In this document: positions 10,643 through 23,731 of the stretch, one piece after another
How positions within the stretch are numbered: the first letter of the stretch is position 1
Layout of the letters: every line of letters begins with the position of its first letter
Source: Picochlorum sp. SENEW3
Lineage: Eukaryota
Direction: 5' to 3'
DNA length: 64,000 nt
Assembly (NCBI GenBank): GCA_034226945.1
Contig: CP120461.1
Coordinates: forward strand, 434,001 to 498,000
Made by a program: the position numbers and the translations under genes
The notes under the pieces: model-generated
Told to the model about the DNA's origin: nothing
The model's input: only the letters and a program-made list of their open reading frames with translations
The model's database searches: none

Positions 10643-12067
10643 ATGGCTGTGTTCAAATTTGCTGATTTGGCCATCCTGGCCCCAACAGCAGTGCTGACGG
10701 CCTTCATCTCAGTCAGGTGGGACATGTCTTGACCTGGTAGCTATCATGCTTTTATAGTGAATTGCGCATGTATGAGCGATACCGTTTGGAAATTTGATTA
10801 CTACAGGTACTCTTTAGGTATAAGGGGTATTTTAGGTCTAATTAGCTACCTACCGACTCAACAGGGAGAAGAACAGACTGAGACGAAGAGGAAGAAGAAG
10901 AACAAGGACAAGACCCTTGGTGGCGATGATTCGTCCTCCTTAATGATGGTTCCGATGAGCCAGACCTTGATCATACAGTTACCAGAGTACTCATCGTTAG
11001 AAACATTGACATATTCGGCGATACTGATGGTTCTCGTATTCTTGGCGTACAGTGCTGCTGCAAGTATTGTGCCATTTGGAACGACGTCGTTATTGCTGAG
11101 TGCTTCAGTGTTTCTGATGTCTCTGGTATCGTTGCTGGTGGTGTCATTTCTGTCGAGTCTGACAAGTTCTGAGGATAAAATATATGCCATCTTCTATTCA
11201 AGTTTGAGCTTTATTGCATGCATTGCGTATTTCGGTCTGGAGCCAGAAGGGTTGTTCCTCTGGAGTCCAGAGGGGGCAGCCACAGCGGCTGCCAACATGG
11301 TACAACGCGCCGTGCAGCATGCGCTTGTCGCGGCGAAAGTGGATGTTGATGATTCATTTTTGGATACAATCCAAGCTCCTTTGTCCCTCCTTGGTGTTAT
11401 ATTTGCTGTGCTTGCAGCATTCATCACAGCTGTTCTGCACAGTGCAGCTTTACGCTTTGCAAGGGCATTCCATGCACACACATGTCCACCAACGTGGGTA
11501 ACGCCGTATATGACTAGATCCTGGATGGATTCGACTCGAATAAGAGTACAGATGATTGCTCCGATGATGCTCGTTCCTTTGTACATGACAATGCTGATGA
11601 AGGAAATCTTGGGTTTGGATGACGCAACATGCTCTCTGGTGCAGGCTGCATTTCTCATTGTCACCGGAATCTTGTTCATCCTGAACACACGCATACTCGT
11701 TTCGCGCTACTTAGAAACCGCATTAATCGCCTGGTATACCGTAAAGCATAGCCAATATCGCACAAAACCTGAGAGGGCAGCAGCACAGTCTGTTGTCAAG
11801 GCCAAGGCAGATGTTGTGAGGTACACAGCATGCAAGACTGCAATCCAATCTCTTGCGCCTGGTGTATTATATTTATCGTGTGGCCTTCTGACTCTTGGAT
11901 CATACATGTATACAAAGTCGAATACCGGGATTCCAGAGATTGCACAGTTGGCATCAACATTTGTTGGAAATGCTGTTGGGTTTGTTGTATCTTTTGTCGG
12001 AGTGCTGTGGTTTATTGTGTGTGGGTTCAGCATCTGGCTCTTCCGAACAGGCACAATTCTGTATTAA
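10643..12067 (+). CDS. TMEM161-family multi-pass membrane protein (2 exons)
   Basis: Exon 1 MAVFKFADLAILAPTAVLTAFISVR is spliced to YSLG...SYLPT...KRKKK...QLPEY, followed by many TM helices. Layout recalls TMEM161A/B. Confidence 0.65.
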
Positions 12068-12171
12068 AATAAATATATATTTATTCTGTCAACTCTACAA
12101 GCTTTATGTGTGCTCTCTTCAGAACACAGTATACACACACATGGTATATCTCTATGGGTATCCATGCCACA

Positions 12172-12865
12172 TTACTGTTTCTTGGTCGACATTGACGTCA
12201 TTTCCTTCATCTGACGATACTCCTCTGGATCAACTTTTAACATGGGCAACAAAATCAGGCTTCCCACTCCAAATGCAATCATGATTCCATACGGGGTCTT
12301 CAACCACTTCATCAGATTAAACTTTTGCTTCTGCTCAAAAAATTCCATTGGCTTCAGAGGTGCCAATTTAAGAGGATATTCGACAGGACGATCCTGTACA
12401 TCAGATGCAGTAGCCTTGACAAGATTCCCATGCTTGATAATCTTAATCGTTGGAAAGTAAAACCCAACAGCTTCCACATCCAGTATATGCATCCCGTCTC
12501 CTACATTATCGAACGTGAATCTTCCATCCAAAGCACTAGGGAACACGCGGCGGCGGCGGCCTTCCCCTGCTGCTGTCTGCCCTGGGGTAAACAGGGTGAC
12601 ACGAGCATCTGTGGGAACAGGCACCCCAACTACAACAGATACAGACACCTCCATGGATCATTATTATTGCCAGGCAGACATACATACACTGATATATGCA
12701 CAATTACACACCTGGATATGAAATAGATCCCTCGATAGGAACCCCTGTGGGGTTTTGACTGGCACTATTTCGAATTTCGACAGAAGCATGTGACGACAGA
12801 GCTTTGCTCAGCAGAAGCAGGACAGTCACCAGGCAACTGCCCCAATAATAGGATTTTATAATCAT
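12172..12865 (-). CDS. EMC7: ER membrane protein complex subunit 7; start codon uncertain
   Basis: DGRFTFDNV...HILDV...GFYFPTIKI, EFFEQKQKFNLMKWLKTPYGIMI, VDPEEYRQM. An upstream signal-peptide exon is joined by a GTGTGT...TGTAG intron. Confidence 0.8.
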
Positions 12866-13189
12866 GATTTAATATATTGGGATCATTTTCTCTCTTCAAG
12901 CGAGAACAAGGGCGTCTGTTAGATAAAGAGAGAAAACCAAGTATTTATTGTTTTATATACGGAGCGCAGCAGAGAGAAGATGGCGATCAAGATGTTATTA
13001 CGCCTGTTTCCATGCGGAAAGATTTTCATCTAAAAGAGAAATGACCATGGTATGTTATAGGGGACAATGGTGAGTTGCAGTGACTCTTGGGGTGTGAGAA
13101 AAGAGGGCACCAGAAGCAGTCTAGGTAGCGAGCATATGGCGTCGCTGATGGATGGAATTTGCCTAGAATATTTACATATACATTAAACT

Positions 13190-16100
13190 ATGATTGATTC
13201 CCTGCTGCGAGCCTTTGTAAGGCTGGTATTGACCATCATGGTACGTGTTGACCTCTTGTGTCTGAACTTAAAAGTCCTGTGCTGATGGAACATGTGTCTG
13301 TGCAGATCGGCATGATCTATCTGATGATTATGAATCCTCATGATGGATTCTTGAGGACTGGCTGGACGTCATCTGTGAAGCGAGGAGGAGAGAGGAGTCA
13401 TCAGCCCCCAAATACTGGTGCCCTGGCAGTAAATGTGAGCCTGTATGATCTACGGAGGGATGTTGAAGAGATGTTTGATGTTGCCTTTACGGGGTATATG
13501 ACTCGAGCATTTCCTATGGATGATCTAAGACCGATCAGTTGTACTGGATCAAATTCGCAGGGTGGGATTGCCATTACTCTGTTGGATTCGTTGGATATGC
13601 TGTACCTTCTACAGCGAGGGAAGGACTTGCGTAAAGCAGTTATATTTATATCAAAAACATGGCATTTTGACCTTGATGTTCGAGTTCATGTGTTTGAAGT
13701 GACTATACGAGCGCTGGGGGGTCTTCTCTCTGGGCATGTGCTCTTGAGTCGCGATGCTCAACTTGTTCCTTGGTACAAAGGTGAGCTGCTTCATAAAGCG
13801 GTAGAGTTGGCCGATCGATTACTTCCCGCCTTTGATACAGCGACTGGTGTTCCATTATCCTGGATCAACTTGAAAACTGGGCAGGTGAGGGGAGATACCA
13901 GAATTACATGCACTGCATGTGCTGGCACCATGCTGTTGGAGTTTGGCGTCTTGTCGAGGTTGTCTAACAATCCCATATATGAGGAGAAAGCAAAAAAGGC
14001 TGTAGTTTATTTATTTAATCAGAGATCTGTGAGAGGGCTGCTGGGAAATACGTTTAATGTTGACAAAGGGACATGGGTACGGCGTCAGTCTGGAATTGGT
14101 GCTGGGATTGATTCATACTATGAATATCTCCTGAAAGCATACTTGTCATTCGGGGATGAGGATTATTTGAACATGTATATAGAAATGTATTCATCAGCGC
14201 ATGCGTATGCGGGATTGTCGAGGGAGATGAACGGTGTGACGTGGTTGGTTGATGTGCACATGACCAGTGGACGAGTTGTGAACTCGTATTCATCAGCGTT
14301 GGCTGCCTTTTGGCCAGGATTGCAATCTCTCTCTGGTCAATTTCAAGATGCCCAGTATTTATTCGAGTCATGGGATTTGGTGAGAAGGAAGTTTACATGG
14401 ATACCAGAATCCTTTGCATTTGACATGAGTGCTGCTCATCCAGTTTTGAAATACTACCCATTGCGTCCAGAGTTTATAGAATCTGGATATATATTGTATT
14501 CGGACACTCGGAATCCCAAGTACTTGGTGTCTGTCCTTCGATTTTACCAGACCTTGAAGAATACGACGCGAGCGCCATGTGGATTTGCTAGTGTGAGTGA
14601 CGTCAGCACTGGACAGCTAGAAGATTCCATGGAATCCTTCTTCCTTTCTGAGACCCTGAAATACCTCTACTTGTTGTTCTCTAATGCAACTGATGTACTT
14701 GATCAGTACGTATTATCAACAGAGGCTCATTTCTTGCCAAGTTTTCCGCACAAGAAGGATGGTGCTTTTGATACAAAAGATGGCACAGATGTCTCTGAGC
14801 AGTGCCAACAGCTTTGCACTGCGAATGCATCCCATGCCAATCACCAAGACGAGGGTACAAGTATTTTAGGATTACCCATGCCAAACAAGAGGACTGTGTC
14901 GAATAGAATCCGGAGTCGAAGGTGTAATGTGTGCAGAATGGTAGAACGTGCTGTTCAGGAGAAGAAGAAGACTGCTCGCTTGCAGTGGCGTATTGGGGCC
15001 AGCAATCCGATGAAAGCGGGCTCGCCGACAGTCGCACCATGGCATCTATCTTTCTCTGAGGTACATGAGCGAACCGATGTTCGATATTTCCTCTGTATCT
15101 TGCAGCATTTTCTTGTGGGGAACACGATGAAGTGTGCTTATCTGAAGGAAGTCTTCCTCTCAGACATGTCCAGCCAGTCCATGCAAACACTCCCAGCAAA
15201 TTCGGTTATTTTAGAGCTTACTGGAATCCGACAGAAAGAGGTGAATAGTGCTGCTACATCAATACTGGAAATTCAGTACAACTCGACGTCCTTGGCATCT
15301 TTAGGCAGAATTCCCGGAGTACAGGCCCTCTTTGGAGAAGGATACTTTCCTGGTTGCACAAATGCATCCCAATATGAGGAATCCAAGCATGCGTGGACAA
15401 AGCAAATGGATGCCAGATTTTTAGATGACACCGAAGAAGAGCTTATATATCCTCATGAAGTTGAGCTGACGAATGAGGAGATATTAGAAAGGATCAAGCG
15501 CCTTGAGCAACAAAAGCAGGATGAGAAAGTTCAATATCCATTAGCACCTGCTGCGAACGACGCCAACAAACAGAGTTGTTCCAGCGATGACTCAACATGC
15601 GAAAAGACAGAAGAGAAAACGAATCAGGATGCAGGACAGTCTGATGCCTCCACCATGCCACGGATCCCATCTTGTGAGACATATGGCAAACTGGTGCAGT
15701 TTGATCCACCTCACGGATGCCTTCCTCCGAAAAACCCTGAAGAACTGCGCAACTCCATTGTCGTGATGACTCGAGGGCACTGCTCGTTCCATGAAAAGGC
15801 TTTGCAGGCAATATCTGCCCGTGCAAGTGCCATGATAGTTATCAATAATGAGGGTAGACCATTCCCCATGGAGGGACAGCCTCAGAAACCCTCTCTCCCA
15901 ATCCCAGCCGTGATGATTGGCCATGAAGCATCCAAGGACATGATACAAAACCTAAACCAGACAGTGCGGATTTGGCAACCCTCATGGGAGTCCAGAGTCA
16001 ATCAAACCCTCCATCTGCTCTATGGTATGCCAATAGAATATCTCTCAAGCACAGCGTCAGAGTATTGCCCAGGCCTGTCACACGAGTACACCAAGGATCC

Positions 16101-16272
16101 ACAGTGTTCCTGGTCTAATCTGCTGTACGAGTACCAGTCCAATAACGTGATGCAAATGGACTTGATCATGCCCAATAATGTCGGAGCCCAGCAATTTCTC
16201 ATGACAGCATTCCATGAACAAAAAAGTGATTTCAGCCCCGTGTTCCAGGCTGTCAGGGATCTTCTCATATAA
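13190..16272 (+). CDS. EDEM-like GH47 alpha-1,2-mannosidase with C-terminal PA domain (2 exons)
   Basis: AFPMDDLRPISC, VFEVTIRALGGLLSGH, GIGAGIDSYYEYLLK, YPLRPEFIES, MESFFLSETLKYLYLLF; PA motif RGHCSFHEKA...IPAVMIG. Confidence 0.92.
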
Positions 16273-16392
16273 TTATTATATCTTTATTTTCATAAGAATG
16301 CTCTGAAAAGACGACCGAGAGCGTAGAATGCGCCCTAGAGACAGTGAATAATAATAGGACTGAAACAGTAAACTTTCTACTTGGTAGGCAGC

Positions 16393-17707
16393 ATGGATAA
16401 CCTACGGAATCTCATACAGTCGAAACGAACTTCCTTACAAGAAGAATTAGGGGGGAATAAGTATGCGAAACGGTCAGAGATTGAAGCGAAACGACTGAAA
16501 CGAATTCGGGAAGAAGAAGAAGAAGAACGTCGTCGAAAGGTACGCCATATGGCTCTAATTGCTTTATGTATGACATTTGTATTCATCATTGTGTATGCTG
16601 GTGATGTAGGAAGAGTTATTGAAGCAGAAAAGGCGACATGTGGACGCCGAAGACCGTCCTCTGCAAACCTCAGGGGGTTTGACACAGGAAGCCTTTCAAT
16701 GTCCCCCGGAAATCCTCGCATTGTCAACGGAAGAAGTCATTAGACGGTTACGGTTGTTACAGCAACCTATACGAGTGTTTGGAGAGACTGACGACGAGCG
16801 GTATGTGAGACTGGCACAGGCAGAGTTGTCTGTTGAGGTGGCAGATGAGACGGCAGGTGGGCAGCAGGAGAATGTGCATACTGCACTGCAGCGGCAAGAG
16901 AAAGAGAAAGGTAAAGGTATGGCGGCTGAAGAGGGCCAGATAGTGCGTGCGGAGGATAATGAAGAGCAGCCGATGAGTGAGGAAGCAAAACTCATGGCAA
17001 CATTTAAGGCAGCTGCAGAGGCATTGGAAGAGAAAAATATGTGCAGTGAAGACATTATAGAGAAACGCCTGAAAAAGTGGATGGCGGATTGGCATGCAGA
17101 TTTAGAGAAAAGGTCTGTGCAGGATACATTGACTGCTGCTGGGAAGCAAGCTGATGTTCGATACAAGGAGACCAAAGAATACCTCCGCCCGCTTTTTTAT
17201 AGATTGAAGAATAGAACATTAGATGCCCAGCTCTTGGCAGGAATTAAGATCATCACTGACGCGATAAAGGATAGAAACTACCTCCATGCATATAAGATTT
17301 ACATGGGGGTTGCTATTGGGAACTCTCCCTGGCCTATAGGAGTGACGCAGGTTGGATTGCATGAAAGAGCATCTCGAGAGAAAATTTCTTACAAATATGC
17401 GCATGGTAAAGCTCATATCATGAACGATGAAGCGTCGAGAAAGTTCATTCAAGCCCTGAAGCGAATCATGACCTTTTGTCAGCGAAGGTATCCAACTGAT
17501 CCTAGTCGCTGTGTGGATTTCGATGGAGCAAGCAACCCAATAGGTGATAGTTCCAATGATAAGCTTGCGTTATTGAAAGCAGTTGCGCGAGGGGATGAAA
17601 TAGATCGAGTAGAAGCCCCAACAATTTTCACCCAAGATGGTGCAAAGATTCCAGAGAAATGGGATGCTATTATTAGAGATGAACTGAAGCGAATAAATGA
17701 TAAATAA
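16393..17707 (+). CDS. PRP18: Pre-mRNA splicing factor 18 (2 exons)
   Basis: SFM/PRP4-like EVIRRLRLLQQPIRVFGE; Prp18 core AIGNSPWPIGVTQVGLHER...AHIMNDEASRKFIQALKR...PTDPSR. Confidence 0.95.
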
Positions 17708-17730
17708 TTTCATGTAAATTGATTGATACA

Positions 17731-19133
17731 ATGACGCAGGCGTATCAAGAAAAAGTGAAGGAGTTTTGTGACAAGTTGCGGCAGAAGAGAATAGTTGGTA
17801 GTTATGCCGCAGCAAAGGGTACAGTAGAGATTCTGAAGCAATTAGTGTCTTCGACAAAGGCAGAAAATGCGCAAATGCTGTTAGAAGAGGTGAGAAGCGT
17901 GGGTGTTCGGATTCAGTCTGCAAAACCTGTCGGTACGTGCCACGTGGTGATTTGGTCTATTTCAGGTGCTGATGTATTCACTATGCTGTAGAATTGGTCA
18001 TTGGGAATGTGGTTCGTCGGGTTATGTACATCATTAGGGAGGAAATGGACGAACAGCAGGAGGAGGAGCAGACTGTGTCTCCTCTAGAGGGTAGCAGCGT
18101 TCCTACCCGTGAGGGTGGCCTGTCGCGGGCATTGAATAAGCAGACGAGTACAAATCGATGGTCTAGAACATTTTCGCTGCATAATTTATTGGATCAGGAA
18201 ATATTTGACGAATCTGTGGCACTTGCATCTGCTGCTCATTTTGCAGACAAGGATGGGCAGAAGCAGCAGGTTCAGGAGGATTTTGAAGAGAAAAGGCACG
18301 ATATTCTCGAAGGTATACATGATTTGATCGATGAGCTGAAGGATATCGATGCGTCGATCGCGGCGCATGCGCCAGAGCACATTCACTCTAATGAAGTGGT
18401 CTTGACATTTGGATATTCTAGGACAGTTCTTCAATTCTTGAAGAGGGCAAAGGAGAAGAGAAACTTTCAGGTGATTGTATCTGAGGGATCACCAACATCA
18501 GAGGGCTACAAATTGGCAGCCGAATTAGAAAGGTTGCATATACCGACAACAGTGATTGCCGATGCAGCATGCTATGCCATGATGGCTCGCACCAATAAGG
18601 TCATTATATCAGCGCATGCATTACTTGCAGATGGTGGTGCGATGGCTAATGTTGGTACGAGTATTCTAGCTGCGGCAGCGAAGCGGCACAACGTGCCTGT
18701 AGTAGTGTTGGCAGGGATTTACAAGTTGTCACCAAACTTTCCACATGAACCTGGAATCACATTCAACGAGTTTGGGGATCCATCGGAAATACTTCCATTT
18801 AGACACGAGTCCATTTTTGCAGCAGAAAGAGCAGGTGTGTCGTGTAAATTGAATGTAGTGTCGTTGATCAGTGCGTGAATGTATCAATTGTATGATTTTG
18901 TAGAGGCAAATTTTTCAATCATGGGTGAGAATAAGGAGACTGCGCTGATGAAGCCATTTTTGCAAGTTCATAATCCTCGATTTGATTATATTCCGTCGGA
19001 TAGGATTTCATTGTTTGTGACAGACCATGGCCATGGATTTATGCCATCATATGTGTACCGACAACTGAGTGAATTCTACAACAGACAAGATTACCAGCTT
19101 TCAAAGCAATTGGATGCTGCCATGAGTCGTTGA
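17731..19133 (+). CDS. EIF2B2: Translation initiation factor eIF2B subunit beta (3 exons)
   Basis: KPVELVIGNVVRRV, HIHSNEVVLTFGYSRTV, MARTNKVII, NPRFDYIP...SYVYRQLSEFY. Confidence 0.9.
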
Positions 19134-19376
19134 GTATGATTATATAGTGTAATACAAATGATTGATCTGGGACGGATAGTCTGTCCCGACTACTTCCATG
19201 TCTAGGAGCGGACATTGTCGTATTACGACATTCCGTTGAACGGAAACAATGAGATGCCTGTTTTGAGTGATCACAAAACGTTTTATTTCGAACGATCGAG
19301 ATGATCGGTTGACAAATGCGTCAGGTATTGCACTAAGAGAATAAAACCCATAAATAATTTTGCATTAGAATCTGCG

Positions 19377-22300
19377 ATGAGCGAGTCGAGATTGAAAAAA
19401 GCAACTTGCCGGCGCGACCGTGTCGTGTCGGAAAAGGGAGAGAAGGGTTTTCGGGATGAATCGCCCCATAAAGCGGTGCTTTTAGGTGAAACCACGCTTT
19501 CTCTAAATACAAGAAATAGTTCTTCGAGTAAAATATCTGTGAAAACCCCGATCGCTGCTGACCAGCCGGTGACGAAGAGTAGTATCCACGACCAAGAGTC
19601 TGACTTTGAGGTTCAAGGCTTGGGTGATGGGAACAGGCCAGTTTCGAGAGATCTTGGAAAAGCACTCGCTACAGCAGCTGATATCTTACATACCCCAGTC
19701 AATCAGAGTTCCGAGTTGCCGAGTAGCGTTCCTCTGCTGCTCAAATTAGTGGCACAGGTTTCAGAGGCAGACGGTTTGTCAGTGCAACAGGTGTGTCATT
19801 CATTGGCATTCATTGCTTTCTGCAGGATGGCACTATTCTCTTGTATTCAAGTATTACTATTGTGCTTTGATAAACTATAGGTATGGGAGGATGTGAGAAG
19901 GTATGCTCAAGTAACGCTGCTGGAAAGAATCACGAAGGAGACAGAAGCTGTCAAGGAAGAGCAGCCTGGGTATGTGCACAGGGAATCTTCTGTGGGAATC
20001 AGCTACGTGATTCCTTCGGAAAGTGAACAAATCGGTTGTGAAAGCTATGACAGATTGCCTCCTGTGACCATTCGCCCACTGCTGCGTACAAGAGATGGAT
20101 TGGAGGAAAAGTATGGCTGTATGCTGGAGGACTGTGCAAAAGTTCTTGAGACTGCAGATACAGTAACGGCTTTTTTTCCAACATGTGAGGAATCCACTGT
20201 CAAGCGCTACCTCCTATATCCTGAGGATCGATTGCAAATAATTCAGGAGAATGGGGCGATCATGTCTCGCGGTAAAGGCTTGAAATCTTATTTTTCAAAT
20301 GTTGGCGACAAGGGTTTTTTGTGCTTCCATTACCAAATAGAGCAAGGCAAACAGTGTAGGTTGCATACTCTCCCACTCAAAGAAGATTCTCTCCTTGTTT
20401 CGAATATTCAAGTGGCTGTGACATTAAAGCGAGGTGTAGGGGGCACTGCTGGAATGAAATCAGAAGCAAGGCTGTTGGACAATGGAGCACTTTTGAGTTT
20501 GGTCTTGGGAGAAGATCCGGATTCGCTTTTGAAATATCATCAAGATCTGAATCGAGTCAAACATGGTGAAGATATCAATGACGATACTCAAATTTCCACG
20601 GAGAATAGGCCTATCCCAGCGGAGAAAAAGATGTCGTTGGCTACCCTCAGCTGCCGCCTCGATCTGAACGTGTCCAAGGAGCTCTGGGCTGCGCTTGATC
20701 AACAAACCTTTGAAATATTGTCCGGGTCAATAGATAATCTTGGTAAAGTCGTATCAAGAGTGTTCCGAGAGATAAACTGGGAAGGGCATTTGGACATTTT
20801 AAACTCCTTATCATTCTCCCAAAAAGAAAAGTCTCCGGCACTTGACTCAATCTACCAGCACATCGAATCTCTATTGAATAACGCCACAATGTATGACAGT
20901 GGCAGTAATAAACCAATGCCTCAAATCATGCAGCAGGTTTTCTTAAAGCTTCACGTATTTTCAATGGCCCTTGCAAGTGCATCAAAGAAAATACAGGTAC
21001 GGTATTCGAATATTCGTGTTCTTGCATTTGGACAAGACTGAATCTCTCTTTTTCTGTGTAGCACCATACACCTTTATATATGATTTCAACTAGAGATTGT
21101 TTCACCTCGGATATTTATGGCGAGAAGACCAGTTGTAGTTCAGATGCAGGATGCACGTTTGAAAAGACCAGATGGTTTATGAAGAGTACAGATGCCCCAC
21201 CGCACTATGACACAGTCATGGACAAACTCTCTTCCAGTCAGTCATGCATGGAGCAAACCATACTAGATGGAATGGTTAGCAACGTTGTTCGAATGGAGAC
21301 TGATCCTCACTGCCAAGATAAAAACCTTGAATATCTTCTCCCACTTGGAGTGACAACATACAATGGTGTATATACTCTGGAGGAATTGGACAGAATTGAA
21401 GAACAATGTGACAACCTTCACCAGGATGGCAGCAAAGGAATTCTTCCTAAAGAATGCTACCATTCTTCTCTATCAAAGAAGGGGGTACTGAAGAGGACAA
21501 AGTACTTTTTTGGATCCAGATACCTTTGGAGCAGAGAGCAGCTCAAATCACCTTTGGCAAAGATTGCTGGTGGTATTCGAAGAGATGTACCAAAACCACC
21601 GCAGTGGATGAAAGTATGCCTTTACATATATACAAACATTATGCTACATGTGACTAATATTCTGCCCAACTTTGCTACAGGAAATTGTAGAGGAGCCTAT
21701 GGTCTCAGCATCAATTGCACCTGCAAATTTTGTGAATGCCGTGGCTTTGAACATGTACCATGACGGAAGTGAAGGTATTCAAAGCCATTACGATGATTCC
21801 AAGAGATTTCAACAGCCAATTTATTCCCTCAGACTCTTTTCAGATAGCCGTCTCTCTTTTGGAACTCAATTGTATGGCTTTACAAACGGCCTCTTTTTTA
21901 TTCCCATGCCAAGAGGCTGCATTACGGTGATGGAAAATGAGGGATTCGCAGCAAATGGTGTGAAGCACTGCGTGAGACCCATAGACATGACAGGTTCGTC
22001 CACATCCTGAACAACGCTGCTCTACATGTGTGAGTATCATCATCTGTTCCTTTTGTTTATCCAGGAAAAAGCGCCGCAATCATCCTTCGAAAGATCAACG
22101 AAAAGTCTTTCAGTATCGCTGAAGATCTTTTTTGGAAAGAAAGCTTGCACAAGCTCAACTCGTTGTCATTAGATCCAGTATGCCCAGATCAGCTTGTGTG
22201 GAACCCATTATTCAGCGACAATACTGATGAAAGTCAAAAGACATTGAGACTGAAAAACGCCACCAAGCAAAAGACTAAAATCAGAGAGAAAAAGGTAGTT

Positions 22301-22609
22301 CACTCTGTAGTTCAAAGCATGCTCAAAAAAGTTGTGTCTGAGGCCAAAAAAGAACAACAGACGCGGAAAAAAGTCCTCACCATTGTCTCTGGCATGACGC
22401 AGCGAGTTTGCACTGCAGAGCGGCTACAGTTCGACATCTCAGAAACCCAAAAGTACCAGGTATTCAGGCTCATGGATAATATTGTATCCTTTTGTGAGTT
22501 TCCAGGAATTCGCCTCCGAAGGAATATAAAAAGAAAGCGCAATGCAGATGTAGCAGAAACTAGAAAGCTGATGAAGGCAATGTTATCAGACATTGAGAAC
22601 AGTATGTGA
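19377..22609 (+). CDS. AlkB-family 2OG-Fe(II) dioxygenase (ALKBH5/9/10-like) with a long N-terminal extension (5 exons)
   Basis: RTKYFFG, NMYHDGSEGIQSHYDD (HxD), LFSDSRLSFG, MPRGCITVM, KHCVRP, SAAIILRKI. Canonical introns link ORFs 19377, 19893, 21080, 21672 and 22145. Confidence 0.8.
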
Positions 22610-22650
22610 TCAATCGCTACGCTCTAGGTACAATTCCTTTAAAAACATAC

Positions 22651-23553
22651 TTACTCTAGATGTATGTTATCCAGAAGAAAGATGGCTTCATGGATCTTCT
22701 CAGTTTTGCTGCGTTTGTCTCCAGGGACATGGAGCTGCAAAATATCTTTCAACTCTTTCAACTGTCTATTCAACACACCGTACTCCTCCTCCAACTTCAT
22801 CCAACGATCAACCTGATCTTCCTGAATAGCCAAAGCCCCTCTATCCTGCAGAAAGCTCTCTACAGCGTCATCACGGAGTCCACAAGACTCATCCTGCTCT
22901 GGACCCCATCCTGCTCGAATCATATCACCTTCATCCTCATCCCATGCCCCCTCCAGACCACCCTTGACATGTTGACACCCAAACAAATCACTTGTATCTA
23001 CTTTTCCTCCATCAGGCTGCAAGATTTTGCGCTCCAACTCAGACTCCAAGATTCTCATGCTTGCCTGCAGTGTCTCCATCTCAAACACCTTGTCTGCCAT
23101 CTCCTGTCTGAAACGCCGACATCCATCAAGAGATCTCTTCAATGCCACACACAATACAATACACACAAATACAAGCCCTACCATAGGTATCAAGAAGATG
23201 TATCGAGAAGCCACAGTGCCAAACACTGGTGACGATGATGGAGGGTCAACCACCTCACCAGTGGCGCCCAAAACTGTCAAACTCCTCTGCTCATCCACCT
23301 GACTCGCATACGCAGCCCCGTCAATCATTGGTATTTCCTCGGCACTATCAGGACCTATATCCAAGTTGCCTGAGGACCTCGCATGCAAAGGATATCCCAA
23401 CCAACACGCAACGGTCATGATCCCAACGACTCCAAACATCCCCAGAATAGCACTATTGCCATTCACTATGTCTTTAAATCCCATATTTTTATTAATATGT
23501 TGATTATTCTGTCGAAGCAAAGCCTTCGATGCGCTTCTTGTTGCAACCACCAT
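22651..23553 (-). CDS. Two-TM coiled-coil protein of unknown function
   Basis: 300-aa intronless ORF with two hydrophobic helices and heptad-rich C-terminal segments. Confidence 0.65.
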   Translation of the reverse strand: MVVATRSASKALLRQNNQHINKNMGFKDIVNGNSAILGMFGVVGIMTVACWLGYPLHARSSGNLDIGPDSAEEIPMIDGAAYASQVDEQRSLTVLGATGEVVDPPSSSPVFGTVASRYIFLIPMVGLVFVCIVLCVALKRSLDGCRRFRQEMADKVFEMETLQASMRILESELERKILQPDGGKVDTSDLFGCQHVKGGLEGAWDEDEGDMIRAGWGPEQDESCGLRDDAVESFLQDRGALAIQEDQVDRWMKLEEEYGVLNRQLKELKDILQLHVPGDKRSKTEKIHEAIFLLDNIHLE

Positions 23554-23731
23554 AGTCCGCCGAGTCAGGTCGTCATTCGTTATTCGTCAGAAATCAATCA
23601 GTTGGGTCTACTATGTTCCAAATAAAATTATATTTCATGTGTGCTATACATATGCAAGCAGGGGTTGAACAACATCACGGAGGGAAACGTGTCAGTGACA
23701 ATCTCCCATCAAGACTTTTGTTGGATGGTGG

